DNA of 54,502 bases, from IMG/VR virus record IMGVR_UViG_3300030329_002480, positions 1-54,502 of that record; one strand, written 5' to 3'. The notes beneath the pieces are model-generated. The model was given only the letters and a program-made list of their open reading frames with translations. It was not told the origin of the DNA and ran no database searches. The position numbers and the translations under genes are program-made. This stretch comes from a virus. Taxonomy: Duplodnaviria; Caudoviricetes. Position 1 is the first letter of the stretch, and the number at the start of each line of letters is the position of its first letter. Shown piece by piece: positions 18,381 through 28,481 of the stretch.

Positions 18381-19689
18381 TGCCGTCTCCCACCTTTACA
18401 GTTGTAGAAGCGGGCGAAACGGGCTGGACAATAGTCGCAGAAGGAGACGCCGCTTGTGTTCCCAATCTAGCTTTGTCCTCGTTTTCTTGCAATGCCTTCA
18501 GCGCCTTTAGCGACTGAGGGGAGTCAACGCGGGGCTGCTGACGAAGTAACATACGGTCCTGCTTTCTCTTCTTCCTGCGGGCCTTACGCATCTGGCGCTT
18601 CAGCGAGATAAACGCGGCGCGATCGGTGGAGAAGCCCATCGAGTCTTTGTACGCGAGGAATCCGGGGTCTTGTAGGAGCTGGTCTCTAGCGATTTCAACA
18701 GCAGAGGCCGCGTTGGGGTTGTACATCTGACCCAACAACACTTCCTTGTGCCGCTCCTGATTTGAGTGAAGCATCGCCTCTTCGGGCGTCATGCCAATCT
18801 CTCCCACTATGTCATTAAGTGCCTCTTGAATCTCTTCGGTATCCCCCGCTGAGAGCCCCCCTGCGAGCTCTGCCAGAGTAGCACCAAAGCTCCCTCCTGT
18901 GGACGCCTGCATGTTGTTGATGCGGTCTTCTTGCATGTAAAACATCGCATTGGCTGACGCGGGATCGGACCCTAAAGCATGACCCATCTCCACGTAGGAC
19001 CGGTCTTGGGGGCTCTCCGCCCCGGCACTTGCGTAATACTCATCGGGTAAGCCCATCGCAAGAGCGGCGTCTTCCGCTCCGCTACGGATTGCGTCGATAC
19101 TGTGCTTTCCACTTCCACTTTCCTCAAGAAACTTGCCCACCATCTGTAGCGCGGCCTCTCTATCCTGTGGATTTTTAAGGTCACCTGCGAGGTCTGCCCC
19201 GATGCGAATCGAGTTGTACCTGTCACCTTTGGCCTCTAGCATAGCTGCGTTTGCCGCTTTCAAGATCTTGTCTTGTCCGACAGAAGCAAACGGGGACGCG
19301 CCCTCAGCTTCTTGGGACAACTCTAGGCCTTTTTGGAGGTTGGTAATGTTGCGTCCGTACTCAATCAAACGAGTCTTCTGCATGCCGGTAACTGCCGCAG
19401 CGCGAGAACGAATGACACCTTGAACAGCAGTAAGCATGGACTGTAACGCCTTCGTCCTCTCCTTCCGGCGCTCACTCTCATTCGTGAAAATCTTACTTTG
19501 TAAATCCACCAACTCCTTAAAGTACGGCTGGAGAGCAGCGTTATACGTCGTCATCTGCTCGATAGAAGGGTCTTCGTCGGGACCAAACAACTGCCTGACC
19601 GCCTTGCGCTTTACCGCACGACGCTCAGCCATGTAGTCCGCCAGTCTACGCTCCAAGCGGCTCACAACATTGGTATCTTGTTCAGCCAT
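18361..19689 (-). CDS. Putative internal virion protein, 442 aa
   Basis: Helical protein immediately upstream of the giant gene. Confidence 0.6.
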   Translation of the reverse strand: MAEQDTNVVSRLERRLADYMAERRAVKRKAVRQLFGPDEDPSIEQMTTYNAALQPYFKELVDLQSKIFTNESERRKERTKALQSMLTAVQGVIRSRAAAVTGMQKTRLIEYGRNITNLQKGLELSQEAEGASPFASVGQDKILKAANAAMLEAKGDRYNSIRIGADLAGDLKNPQDREAALQMVGKFLEESGSGKHSIDAIRSGAEDAALAMGLPDEYYASAGAESPQDRSYVEMGHALGSDPASANAMFYMQEDRINNMQASTGGSFGATLAELAGGLSAGDTEEIQEALNDIVGEIGMTPEEAMLHSNQERHKEVLLGQMYNPNAASAVEIARDQLLQDPGFLAYKDSMGFSTDRAAFISLKRQMRKARRKKRKQDRMLLRQQPRVDSPQSLKALKALQENEDKARLGTQAASPSATIVQPVSPASTTVKVGDGSGGQDY

Positions 19690-20288
19690 TATTCAATCTT
19701 CCCTTCAGATACAGTTTTGGCAAACTCGCCTACCTCGGATGCACCACCAGTCAAGATCGCGGCGGTGGCCCGGATTGCGGGGTCTGCGATTCCGCTAATA
19801 GTCTGTGCTGTAGATGCAAGCCTTCCTTGCTTTCTCGCCAGCATGCGGTCGGCAGCACCCGCTGCTTGTGCCTGCGCCTGAGCAATCTTCGCCATGCTAC
19901 GTTGTGCCGCGTCTCCGTAGGCCTGTCTGCCTGCGGCTTGTGCGCCCATTGCTAGCTGTTGCGCTGCTCCTTCAAGCTGACCAGCGGGAACTGCGCCCGT
20001 CAGTGCTGCTTGGGCGAGCTCTTCCTGCTGTGCCGCAGCACCCGCCGCAGCGACCTGTTGCGCGGCCAAAGCGTCCTGCATCTGCTTCTGCTGAGAATCA
20101 CCAAACTGCGTAGGGTCAGCTTCAAACGCCTTCATTTGCTCGTAGTCCTTGGCCTGCGCCATAGCACCAAGACCACCTGCTCCGTACTCGGACTTTATGT
20201 CTTTTTTGGCTGCTTGCCACTCTTTGCCTTTGTCGCGGAGCTTGGCAGACCGTTCTTGGAGACGTTCGGATCTAGTTTTCTTTGCCAT
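19689..20288 (-). CDS. Putative pilot/ejection protein, 199 aa
   Basis: Ala/Gln-rich helices with a Gly-rich hydrophobic C-terminus. Confidence 0.6.
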   Translation of the reverse strand: MAKKTRSERLQERSAKLRDKGKEWQAAKKDIKSEYGAGGLGAMAQAKDYEQMKAFEADPTQFGDSQQKQMQDALAAQQVAAAGAAAQQEELAQAALTGAVPAGQLEGAAQQLAMGAQAAGRQAYGDAAQRSMAKIAQAQAQAAGAADRMLARKQGRLASTAQTISGIADPAIRATAAILTGGASEVGEFAKTVSEGKIE

Positions 20289-21034
20289 TAGAGAGTCGCT
20301 CCATACTTAAAGTACACATATTTCATCGAGCGGGCCCGGATGCGGGTTTGCTTGATACTACCGTGGGCGCAAAGCCTAAGAGATACATCGTGAAAACCTG
20401 CCGCAAGGGTCGCTGGCACCCAACAATGACCGCTCCAAGTTCTAGACTTATAACGGTCTTGGAGTTGGCTCGCACTCAAAACGGTTACTCCCGGAGACGA
20501 GCCCCCGGCGTCGGCATCTGATCCTCCGTACATGGTGCGACGCACTCGCCGTGCAAACGGAGTATTGGTAATAGTCCGCGTATCAACGCCAATAGTCTCG
20601 GAGTCGTTTAGGAACAGCGCGATGCGCGATTCTTTGAGTCCCTCGTTATTATCGTTAACCCAAGTGACCGTCCAAAGGAGAAGAACGTGGGCCTCGTAGG
20701 GGAGATAGAACTTAAGGGAGGCTCCGGGAATAGGGAGATACCTCTTTGCATTCTCTATGTTCGCACCCCTAAACCACCCACTTCCCAACGGCCCTTCTTC
20801 GCCCCCAAAGAAATCGAGGTTAGCGGTGCCCGCAACTTGGCCACCCCCAGAAAACGAGTTTTTCTGGACATGCTGGTACTGCACATCCACATTGGTTTCT
20901 AGGTTTGTAGCCTCTAGTTGGCCGTTAAGGTTCTCCAACGAGTCATTGGTCACACCGTAGAGGTTCTCATACACTATCGACGCAATGTTTAGCGTGCCGT
21001 CGTTGATCAACTCAAGGGTAACTTCTCCACTCAT
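20288..21034 (-). CDS. Putative tail protein, 248 aa
   Basis: Downstream of the nozzle gene. Beta-sandwich-like C-terminus LAAGFHDVSL. Confidence 0.6.
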   Translation of the reverse strand: MSGEVTLELINDGTLNIASIVYENLYGVTNDSLENLNGQLEATNLETNVDVQYQHVQKNSFSGGGQVAGTANLDFFGGEEGPLGSGWFRGANIENAKRYLPIPGASLKFYLPYEAHVLLLWTVTWVNDNNEGLKESRIALFLNDSETIGVDTRTITNTPFARRVRRTMYGGSDADAGGSSPGVTVLSASQLQDRYKSRTWSGHCWVPATLAAGFHDVSLRLCAHGSIKQTRIRARSMKYVYFKYGATL

Positions 21035-21828
21035 GAGATACGCCTCACTTCTGCATGAATAGGAATAACCGTTAGATTACGTTTTGTCAGCTCAACGCCC
21101 GGATCTCCGAGCCCGGACATTTCTGCCGTCAAATACCGGGTGCTTGCGCTAATGGTGAATCCGTAGACACGGTCCATGCCGTAAGCTTCAATGTCCTCAG
21201 CGAGGACAATCGTCCGTATTGCAAGGTCTTTGAAGGCGAAGCCCCTGTCCGGGGTGATCGCCTGTCCGGGCCAGTAATAGTTATTTTCTTCATGTGCTGT
21301 TGCTACGCTGGGCATTGTGGCGTTGGCCATTGTCCAACCGGGGGAGATCGCCCGTGCGGAGTGAGGAACCATTTGGCCAGTCCCATCCTCCTCGGTAGCC
21401 ATCACAGTAAACTTAGTCCCGATAAAATCCTCATACGCCCGCTCGATAGGCATGGCTGCGCCACCGTCATCAACAAACCTTCGGATAGTAAAGTTTGCAA
21501 GGATGATGAATGCAGTGACATTATCCGCAGCCATATCGATCCCGGCGGGGTAGTCAATCCGCGTCACAGGCACAGGAGCCGTGCCCATTAGTGTTACGGA
21601 GGAACTACCGTCGAAGGAGAGACCTACGTGGCTTTGGAATGCGGTAAAGTCACCCGCCTCGCCGCCCGACGGACCAATAAGTTGTGGGAGGTGCTCGTGC
21701 CGAAATGCCCCATGAGCAAAAGCTGAAGACTCTAGTGAGTTAAGCGAATCACGCACCGATTCTAACCTGCTATTGAGGGCTTCTGCGGTGTATGCCGTAC
21801 CATCCGTTAGGTATGTATAGCCTGACAT
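21031..21828 (-). CDS. Putative tail protein, 265 aa
   Basis: N-terminal YTAEALNSRLE attachment-like helix. Translationally coupled to both neighbours. Confidence 0.6.
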   Translation of the reverse strand: MSGYTYLTDGTAYTAEALNSRLESVRDSLNSLESSAFAHGAFRHEHLPQLIGPSGGEAGDFTAFQSHVGLSFDGSSSVTLMGTAPVPVTRIDYPAGIDMAADNVTAFIILANFTIRRFVDDGGAAMPIERAYEDFIGTKFTVMATEEDGTGQMVPHSARAISPGWTMANATMPSVATAHEENNYYWPGQAITPDRGFAFKDLAIRTIVLAEDIEAYGMDRVYGFTISASTRYLTAEMSGLGDPGVELTKRNLTVIPIHAEVRRIS

Positions 21829-22598
21829 TATCTGGTCAACTCCAAAGCAAAAAGTTCCGACGTTGAAACATAAGTCGGTCGGTTCGCCGCTACCCCATTA
21901 GACGCCAAGATATCCATAATGGCAATCCGAATCGTATGGGGTCCGGGGGAGAGATCGATAACCGCATCTACAACCACAGAGTTCATCGCCCCGTTTATGC
22001 CACCACCGCCAACCGGGAAAAATGTTATCGGCACGGGGGCCGTGCTGTCATCGACCAACACAGACTTATTGACGTGGTTCTCGATAGTGAGATCACCCGA
22101 CCCCACCAGTGATTCTCCGATAATCGCGCCGTCCACTTCGATAGCCACGTTAAACCCGAAGCCTTTCTGTTTCCCGTTGGTTGAGTTCGATCTTGCGTCA
22201 CTATTCATATGCGGGTAGAGGGTGCGGGGTACGGGATGGGTGTGTAGCGTAAATGACCCACAAATCCACACCTTGCCTCCTCTAAATCGCGCATTTAGTG
22301 AGAAGCCCTTCTTGGCCTTGGTCTGGTAGAAGTCAAGAGGCGTAAACCTAGACCAGTTGGTTCCGTCCACGTTTGTCGGGTCGGTTCCTTCTTCGCGAGA
22401 GTAGATCAAACGCATGCCGATGTCTTTCGGCAAATCGGCACGGGCGAAGAGCAGGTCTGCCGAGTTCCACGACTTAAAGTTGTGCTCATTCAGATACGAA
22501 GACGTCTCTTCCACAACCGAGAGGAAGTTCTCGTTGATAGGGTCGATGTCGATAACATAGGTATCTTTTAGGGGAAACTTCGGGTATTTCCATGACAT
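21828..22598 (-). CDS. Putative tail protein, 256 aa
   Basis: INENF...LNEHNF N-terminus and LSPGPHTIRI C-terminus. Confidence 0.6.
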   Translation of the reverse strand: MSWKYPKFPLKDTYVIDIDPINENFLSVVEETSSYLNEHNFKSWNSADLLFARADLPKDIGMRLIYSREEGTDPTNVDGTNWSRFTPLDFYQTKAKKGFSLNARFRGGKVWICGSFTLHTHPVPRTLYPHMNSDARSNSTNGKQKGFGFNVAIEVDGAIIGESLVGSGDLTIENHVNKSVLVDDSTAPVPITFFPVGGGGINGAMNSVVVDAVIDLSPGPHTIRIAIMDILASNGVAANRPTYVSTSELFALELTR

Positions 22599-22606
22599 AG
22601 CGCCTC

Positions 22607-24907
22607 CTACGGCGGAACTTGTGCGCCACCGAAGGCACGCGGGGTGATATCGACTTGAAGACCCACAAACTCCCAGTTTCCGGTGCCTCGGATACGGAAC
22701 TTAAAGGTCTCATTTGATGGCAAGTAAATCTGGGCTCGTGTCCAGTATGGACGCCGACGAACAAACGTCGCTCCCGGTGTGCCAATCGGGGTCGAAGAGT
22801 AAAACTTAGGGACGTCAGCCCCGGAGTAGCGTTGGAGAGACACAGTCTCTACTGTCGTATTACGCCAGTCCCTAAGCACCTCTACTGTTATGTCTGCGTC
22901 TTCGCTTTCTCGCAACCAGAGGTACGCAACACGAGTAGTGTTTTTAGCTAGCGACTGCTGACCTTGCATCCAAGCAGTCTCAATCAGCGCCTCTCGATCG
23001 TCAATCACGGTCTGGAGTGTAGTGTCTTTAGCGTTCCCGGACTTGTCGAGAACATACACTCCTTGGTGCGTCTCATCGTCTCCGCGCACCTTACCCGCCG
23101 CAAGCATGTACCTTCGGTGATCTTGTGTCACACAAACCGCAGCCGGAGCCACATCTGTACGTGTGCGCCACCCGTTACCGTCAAACACGAAGCATGTCGT
23201 GTTCTGCACGTCTCCGTCGGTAGACAACCAGCACCGATACTCCTGTGATACCGGGTCATACGCCGCCGTCGCTTGTTTCATCCGAGAGGTGGTGACCCGC
23301 TTAAACGAGTCTCTAAGGCCTGCGGAGATCAGTTTGATAGATGACCCGTCATAGGCGTAGAAACCGTCCCTTCCGAGCCATACAATCCGACCGTCACCTA
23401 ACGTCGCAAGTGAGCTGGGTGCCTCGCAGCCGATTTGTGAAGAGAGAGCAAGGAACCGGAACCCATCGGCGTCGTCGTAGGGCTGGATCACAAATGTGCC
23501 CGATCGGGTGAATACCAACAACGAGCCATTTCCTGCCCAAAGTCCGGTGATCTCGCCGCCCGACGGATCTGGGTAGAACTCCTCACCCTCAAGGAAGGTG
23601 CCGTACCTACCGGGCATCGACGGTCGGACCATGCCGGGGGTATCTGGCATGTTGGCAATCCAAAGGCGACCGAATGCCAAGCGGCACAGATTAAAGTTAG
23701 GCACGGGCACCACATCTTTAGCGGGCACAATCAGGAACCCGTCGGGGATGTTGTCTGGGTAAATCCGTGTCTCGTTATCAGGAATGGTAGCAAACGCCCC
23801 TGCAATGTTAGCTGCGTTCTGTGTGTGCCTAAAGTAGTCGGGCGTGCCTGAGTTTATCAGGTCTTTGGTGCGGTACAGGATGCGCCCAATACAATGGTCT
23901 GGGCCGGTAGGGATGCCAGTCCATGCAATCTGCTTCCGCATGGCATCCGCAGATACCGTCTGGGAATCTCCCGACCCTGTCGGGCTAGGGATTTCTGATG
24001 CTTGGAAGTTTAGCTTAACCGTATCTGATGGGGGAGATAGTGCAGAGAGATTACCGAAGTAGTCAATAAACTGGGCCTTGCACCGATACTCACCGGCAAG
24101 CAGCCAGCCTGCATTGGCTGCGTTGTCAAAGTCGCCTCCTCCACTAGAACTGTCGAAAACCGAAGCGTCAAAGGTGAGGTTTGCAATCGTGCCTACTCGG
24201 CAGAGATTGAAGCCCGCTGTCATGCCTACTTGGTAGTTATTTCTGTCGTTTAGCCACTCTGTGCCATCATGCGTGTACCCTCGGTCATTTACGCCGACGC
24301 CGCGATCTGTAGTCACCGTCTTGCTGCTCTGCGGGCCCCTAGCTGTAGGCGAACTGGGCACCTCACTAAAGCCCAAGGGTGCGATGGTCGTGCCGTCGTA
24401 GAAGTAGGCGCGATTATCTTGAGGGACAATGACCACCCCATTTCCCGTACACTCGAACTGAGTAGGAAACTGGGGTGACCGGTCATCTATCAAGTTTGCT
24501 TGGAGCCCGTAGGTGGACGCGGTGGGGGAAAGTAACCGCCTCCAGTTACGGGACCATCCCTGAAACTCCCATAGCTCATCACCGGTATGTAGAAGCAACA
24601 CGTCACGCTGTCCCTTCTTCAGTGTGCAGTGGTAAATACCATGCATCCGCGAACCGTAGATAATAGCGTTGCGGGTAGGTGCGACCTCGGAGGTCGAAGA
24701 CGTTGGCCGGCCAGTCTCCGGCCCCCTAGGGCTAGATGTGTGATTGTCTATCAGGGCGGCTGGGCCCCAGACAGAGCGAAGCGTGCCCTCCTGCATTGGA
24801 TACAGGTTCTTGACCTCCTGCGCGATATCATTGGACAGGAAAAGTTTCCCTTCCTGAACGCGCAGAATATAAGGGCCAAGAGAGGCGACTCCGCTTTTGT
24901 TCGCCAT
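22607..24907 (-). CDS. Tail nozzle / DNA stabilisation protein (P22 gp10-like beta-propeller)
   Basis: 766 aa with GRLWIA, GGEITGL, LLVFT, IGC..PSS, GFYAYDG repeats typical of podovirus nozzles. Confidence 0.75.
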   Translation of the reverse strand: MANKSGVASLGPYILRVQEGKLFLSNDIAQEVKNLYPMQEGTLRSVWGPAALIDNHTSSPRGPETGRPTSSTSEVAPTRNAIIYGSRMHGIYHCTLKKGQRDVLLLHTGDELWEFQGWSRNWRRLLSPTASTYGLQANLIDDRSPQFPTQFECTGNGVVIVPQDNRAYFYDGTTIAPLGFSEVPSSPTARGPQSSKTVTTDRGVGVNDRGYTHDGTEWLNDRNNYQVGMTAGFNLCRVGTIANLTFDASVFDSSSGGGDFDNAANAGWLLAGEYRCKAQFIDYFGNLSALSPPSDTVKLNFQASEIPSPTGSGDSQTVSADAMRKQIAWTGIPTGPDHCIGRILYRTKDLINSGTPDYFRHTQNAANIAGAFATIPDNETRIYPDNIPDGFLIVPAKDVVPVPNFNLCRLAFGRLWIANMPDTPGMVRPSMPGRYGTFLEGEEFYPDPSGGEITGLWAGNGSLLVFTRSGTFVIQPYDDADGFRFLALSSQIGCEAPSSLATLGDGRIVWLGRDGFYAYDGSSIKLISAGLRDSFKRVTTSRMKQATAAYDPVSQEYRCWLSTDGDVQNTTCFVFDGNGWRTRTDVAPAAVCVTQDHRRYMLAAGKVRGDDETHQGVYVLDKSGNAKDTTLQTVIDDREALIETAWMQGQQSLAKNTTRVAYLWLRESEDADITVEVLRDWRNTTVETVSLQRYSGADVPKFYSSTPIGTPGATFVRRRPYWTRAQIYLPSNETFKFRIRGTGNWEFVGLQVDITPRAFGGAQVPP

Positions 24908-24910
24908 CGG

Positions 24911-25141
24911 TTACCCCTTCTTTGGTCGTCCTACATTGGGTGACGCGGGTCGGCCAACCAGTGAAAACTGCGCCCACCTAGAGGACGCATACTCGATCGT
25001 CTCCGGGGCGTGCCCCGCTAATAGCATGACGCCCCGCTTGGTGCCGTGCTGATCGATCGTCATACAAACCAACGTACCTTGCTCTGGCGTGTCCTCAGAT
25101 CCATTTACCTGATAAACGCCTCCACAAATCATGCGATCCAT
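24911..25141 (-). CDS. Hypothetical protein, 76 aa
   Basis: ATG at 25141 with purine-rich RBS. C-terminal GRPKKG. Confidence 0.6.
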   Translation of the reverse strand: MDRMICGGVYQVNGSEDTPEQGTLVCMTIDQHGTKRGVMLLAGHAPETIEYASSRWAQFSLVGRPASPNVGRPKKG

Positions 25142-25155
25142 TCCCTCTCTCCTAG

Positions 25156-26901
25156 CTAGGAAGTTGTGTACCACTTCCGATAGTAGTTGTTACTGCGGTA
25201 AGAGCTTTGTGCTCTTGTCATCCGTCGTAACACAGGAACGCCGGGAGGTCGAAGATCCCCGTATCGTTTTGAGAGAGTTAAGAGCTCCTCTCGATAGTTC
25301 GCATAGCAAACTTGAGAGAGTTGGGGTTGCCCAAGGTTTTCATAGAAAAGCGCCATAGACCGCTGTATTAGCACATTGAGCGCCTCAGGGTGAATGACAG
25401 GCGTGTCGTCATCATCAACGAGCTCATTGGGCCGAAGCACACACCGGATATCCGTCACGTACCGCTTGTCCGGCTTAGGGTAAAACTGCATGGTCTGATA
25501 CCCATGCACGTCGCGGAGCCTGCGGTCGTAGTCAGGCATGATCTGCCCATCGTCGTAGAACACACCACCGTTTGTGTCCTCGACCCGGAACTCGGCCAGC
25601 AGGTAGAACGCCTCGGCTGAATCAAGCTGCGACGTAGAGAGCCCGTCGGCCCTTAGTTTCATCTCATTGTAGTGGCCGAGCGACGTAGACGTTCGCTTAC
25701 GGTAGATACGGACGTACACACCACTCTGATGCAAGGAGTCCCGTGTCGCCGTGGCGCTTCCGGTCACGGAGATAAACTTGTTCAGGAAGCCCATTGCGTA
25801 TTCGGCGTTGGGTAGGGAAATCTTCACCGCAGGGTAAGGAGTAGACAATATCCCGGTGCGTGTAACCTCGACCTTGTTAGACGCGGGGGACGGGGCCGAC
25901 TCAAAACGGGGCTCCCGGTAACGGTTTCTGGCCGCATTTAGCGGAGTTGTTGATAACGTGTTCCCTGAAGCAGGGTTCTTGGACAGGAACGTCTCTGTGT
26001 CCGTATTCTTAAAGGGCACCGCATGGTCATTCCATTGTGCGAGCCCCGGAAGCATGAACTCTGTGTCCCGCTTACCCCATGTGTATGTCACGACATACTC
26101 GAAGGTACCGGGAGGTTCGGGCCCAAACCAAGGGCGCATAAACAAACCCGCAAGCTCCGCCGCAGATTGGTCGTAGACTTCTTCGTCCACTGTGGCCACC
26201 GGAGCAACCGACGGGCCACGCATCTTCTGGTGGCCGCGCCGAAAGATGACACGAGGGATACCTGATGCCACTTGGCTGTTCGGGCCGTCTAGCTGGCGCT
26301 CCTCTGCTTCCTGCTGACCAAGAACATCCAGAGGGTAGTTGTTGTCTACGTCCCGTAGGCGGGCCGACTTGAGCTGAATCACGTCATCAGGCAAAGCGTA
26401 GTAGGGGCTGTAGACGCGGAACTTCAAGTTTGCGGTCCCAAAGGCATTGTCGTAGGGGCGCACTAGGGTGAAGTAGATTTTATTGTCGGACGTGTTCTTC
26501 CACACCGACCGAATCTGATTGTGGACGAGAGTGCCATCTGAGGTGGTAAACTCAATCATCCTGCCGTCCCACGACCGATCGATCTTCCAGTCAGTCAGGG
26601 TAGTGGGGGATGCGGCTTGTTGGACCGTGGTGTAGTCCGTTTTGAAAGTGAACGGCTCAACTTGTTCTGTGCCAATACTGCTTTGCACGATGCTCACAGT
26701 ATCGTCGTCTGATAGTGATTTGGAATCTGGTTCAGTTGCTAAATGTACTTTGGACTCAAAGAACATAAACGGGGCCTCAAGCGATAACTGCTTATAGGCC
26801 CGGTTTATGAATCCGTTGACGCGGGTGATCGCTTCAGGCGAACTATTCGGAGAATAATCCGCCTGAGCGAACATCGCAGTACGAATCTCCTTGAGATTCA
26901 T
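25156..26901 (-). CDS. Head-tail adaptor (tail tubular A-like) with large insertions
   Basis: MNLKEIR...FINRAY N-terminus, YALPDD, FYPKPD and DDTPVIHPE C-terminal motifs. Confidence 0.7.
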   Translation of the reverse strand: MNLKEIRTAMFAQADYSPNSSPEAITRVNGFINRAYKQLSLEAPFMFFESKVHLATEPDSKSLSDDDTVSIVQSSIGTEQVEPFTFKTDYTTVQQAASPTTLTDWKIDRSWDGRMIEFTTSDGTLVHNQIRSVWKNTSDNKIYFTLVRPYDNAFGTANLKFRVYSPYYALPDDVIQLKSARLRDVDNNYPLDVLGQQEAEERQLDGPNSQVASGIPRVIFRRGHQKMRGPSVAPVATVDEEVYDQSAAELAGLFMRPWFGPEPPGTFEYVVTYTWGKRDTEFMLPGLAQWNDHAVPFKNTDTETFLSKNPASGNTLSTTPLNAARNRYREPRFESAPSPASNKVEVTRTGILSTPYPAVKISLPNAEYAMGFLNKFISVTGSATATRDSLHQSGVYVRIYRKRTSTSLGHYNEMKLRADGLSTSQLDSAEAFYLLAEFRVEDTNGGVFYDDGQIMPDYDRRLRDVHGYQTMQFYPKPDKRYVTDIRCVLRPNELVDDDDTPVIHPEALNVLIQRSMALFYENLGQPQLSQVCYANYREELLTLSKRYGDLRPPGVPVLRRMTRAQSSYRSNNYYRKWYTTS

Positions 26902-26904
26902 CTA

Positions 26905-27390
26905 CTAGCCCATGCAGTTGATGTAGGCTTCGAAGGTCGTCGCGGAGGCAGAGCCGCCGAGAGTCTGTCCGAAACACTGGTCTGCATTGTCAGCGTCGTC
27001 ATGAATGACAGTGCCAACAGCACTTCCGCCCTTGAGGGGGCAGTTGTGCGTAACTGCTGCCTGACCTGTAACGGTGGCGATGCCCTTCTTGATAACGAAA
27101 CCGTACGAACCGTTAGCAATCGGAGTATGCGTCACACCCACTACCTGAACGGTAAGGGCGTTAGCATCCGACTTAGCTACCTTGTACGTCGTGATCTGGG
27201 CAGTCGAGTCGCCGCTATCTTCGCGCTGGACAACCATAGCAGTTTCGATAAGGGAACCGCTATCGTTATGCACGTAGATGTAGGTCAGCAGACCTTTGTC
27301 GCCGTTAGGGACGGACAACTCAAAGCCGAGAGGGGCCTGCTGCGTAGTAGTGACTGTAGTTGGGCTAATGCCCGCTGCTGTGAAACCCAT
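26905..27390 (-). CDS. Capsid decoration/auxiliary protein
   Basis: Directly after the MCP gene. YIYV...YGFVIKKG pattern. Confidence 0.65.
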   Translation of the reverse strand: MGFTAAGISPTTVTTTQQAPLGFELSVPNGDKGLLTYIYVHNDSGSLIETAMVVQREDSGDSTAQITTYKVAKSDANALTVQVVGVTHTPIANGSYGFVIKKGIATVTGQAAVTHNCPLKGGSAVGTVIHDDADNADQCFGQTLGGSASATTFEAYINCMG

Positions 27391-27402
27391 GAGATCCTCC
27401 TA

Positions 27403-28479
27403 TTAAGGCGTGCCAGCGCCAGTGACCATGAAGTTAGAACGAAGCTGCGTAGTGTGGAGACCCATCATGAGCACCAACTCGTAGCGGTAAATGTCCTGAT
27501 CCGGGATACGGAAGGGACCGCGAACTGCAAAGTCGCCCTTCGTCTCACGGGAAGCATCGTGACCAAGCGTGAACAGGTGCCAAGTCGGAGTCTTCAGACC
27601 GTAGATCACACCGTCCTGCTGTGCAGCAGACATGTACGACGTTGCCGTCACATCAATGGAGTCATCGAGGAAGAAGTCAGCGTCGAGGAACTTCACGCCC
27701 TGACGAACCAGAGGCGGAGCCTTGTCGCCTTCGACCTTCACCACGCGAACCTGATCGTCCAGATCCTCAATGTAGTTCAGGTAGGAACCTTCGTCACCAA
27801 TCATCAGGTCAACAGGGCCGGCAGTCTTGCCCTGACGCGAAGCGGCGAAGTACGCCTTACGCATCTGGCTACGACCGTTCACTGCGAACGACGAGATGTC
27901 TTGGTACTGGTTCTGCCAGCCCGAGATGCCGCTAGTGCCGCTCTCACAAACCAGACCGTGAACGGTGTTGGTGGAGGCTGCGCTCGCCTGAATGATCCCC
28001 TGACGGGTTTCGCCCTGTGGGGTGAAGGTGGTGTTACCGTTGAGAGTCACAAAACCGCCAACACCGTTACCGTTACCGGTACCGAGCTGGTTTGAGATCC
28101 GCTCATGGAAGTCGGACAGAGCCAACTCCGGGTAATGCTGAAGAATCCGGGCCAAGTCCATCTCACCGTTCGCTTCGGCCAAGTCCTTACCGGGCACGTC
28201 GAACGCATAGATCAGACGGGGTGCGATGACATTACCGCGATGGGCGTTCTGAGTACGACCACCGGCAATGATCTCGGTACCCGTGGACACTTGGGTCACG
28301 GTTCCGGGACCATCGGTCACCACTGCAAACTCGCGCTTAGGGCCCTTAAGGGCGGCGCGGTCAAGGTTACCATTTTGCATAACCTTTTCCATCAAGGGAT
28401 GGAACTTAACAAACAACTCACTGTATGACGGCATCAACTCATTAAGAGCGGTCGCCAATACGTCTGGGGAAATCGCCAT
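27403..28479 (-). CDS. Major capsid protein
   Basis: 358 aa after the scaffold gene, HPLM...GGI/WQNQ...PVDL pattern, strongly biased codon usage. Confidence 0.85.
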   Translation of the reverse strand: MAISPDVLATALNELMPSYSELFVKFHPLMEKVMQNGNLDRAALKGPKREFAVVTDGPGTVTQVSTGTEIIAGGRTQNAHRGNVIAPRLIYAFDVPGKDLAEANGEMDLARILQHYPELALSDFHERISNQLGTGNGNGVGGFVTLNGNTTFTPQGETRQGIIQASAASTNTVHGLVCESGTSGISGWQNQYQDISSFAVNGRSQMRKAYFAASRQGKTAGPVDLMIGDEGSYLNYIEDLDDQVRVVKVEGDKAPPLVRQGVKFLDADFFLDDSIDVTATSYMSAAQQDGVIYGLKTPTWHLFTLGHDASRETKGDFAVRGPFRIPDQDIYRYELVLMMGLHTTQLRSNFMVTGAGTP

Positions 28480-28481
28480 GT

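Noticed and set aside
27001-28095. 364-aa + strand ORF antisense to the MCP and decoration genes
   Set aside because: No recognisable motifs or RBS. It is the shadow ORF expected from the strong codon bias of the capsid gene.
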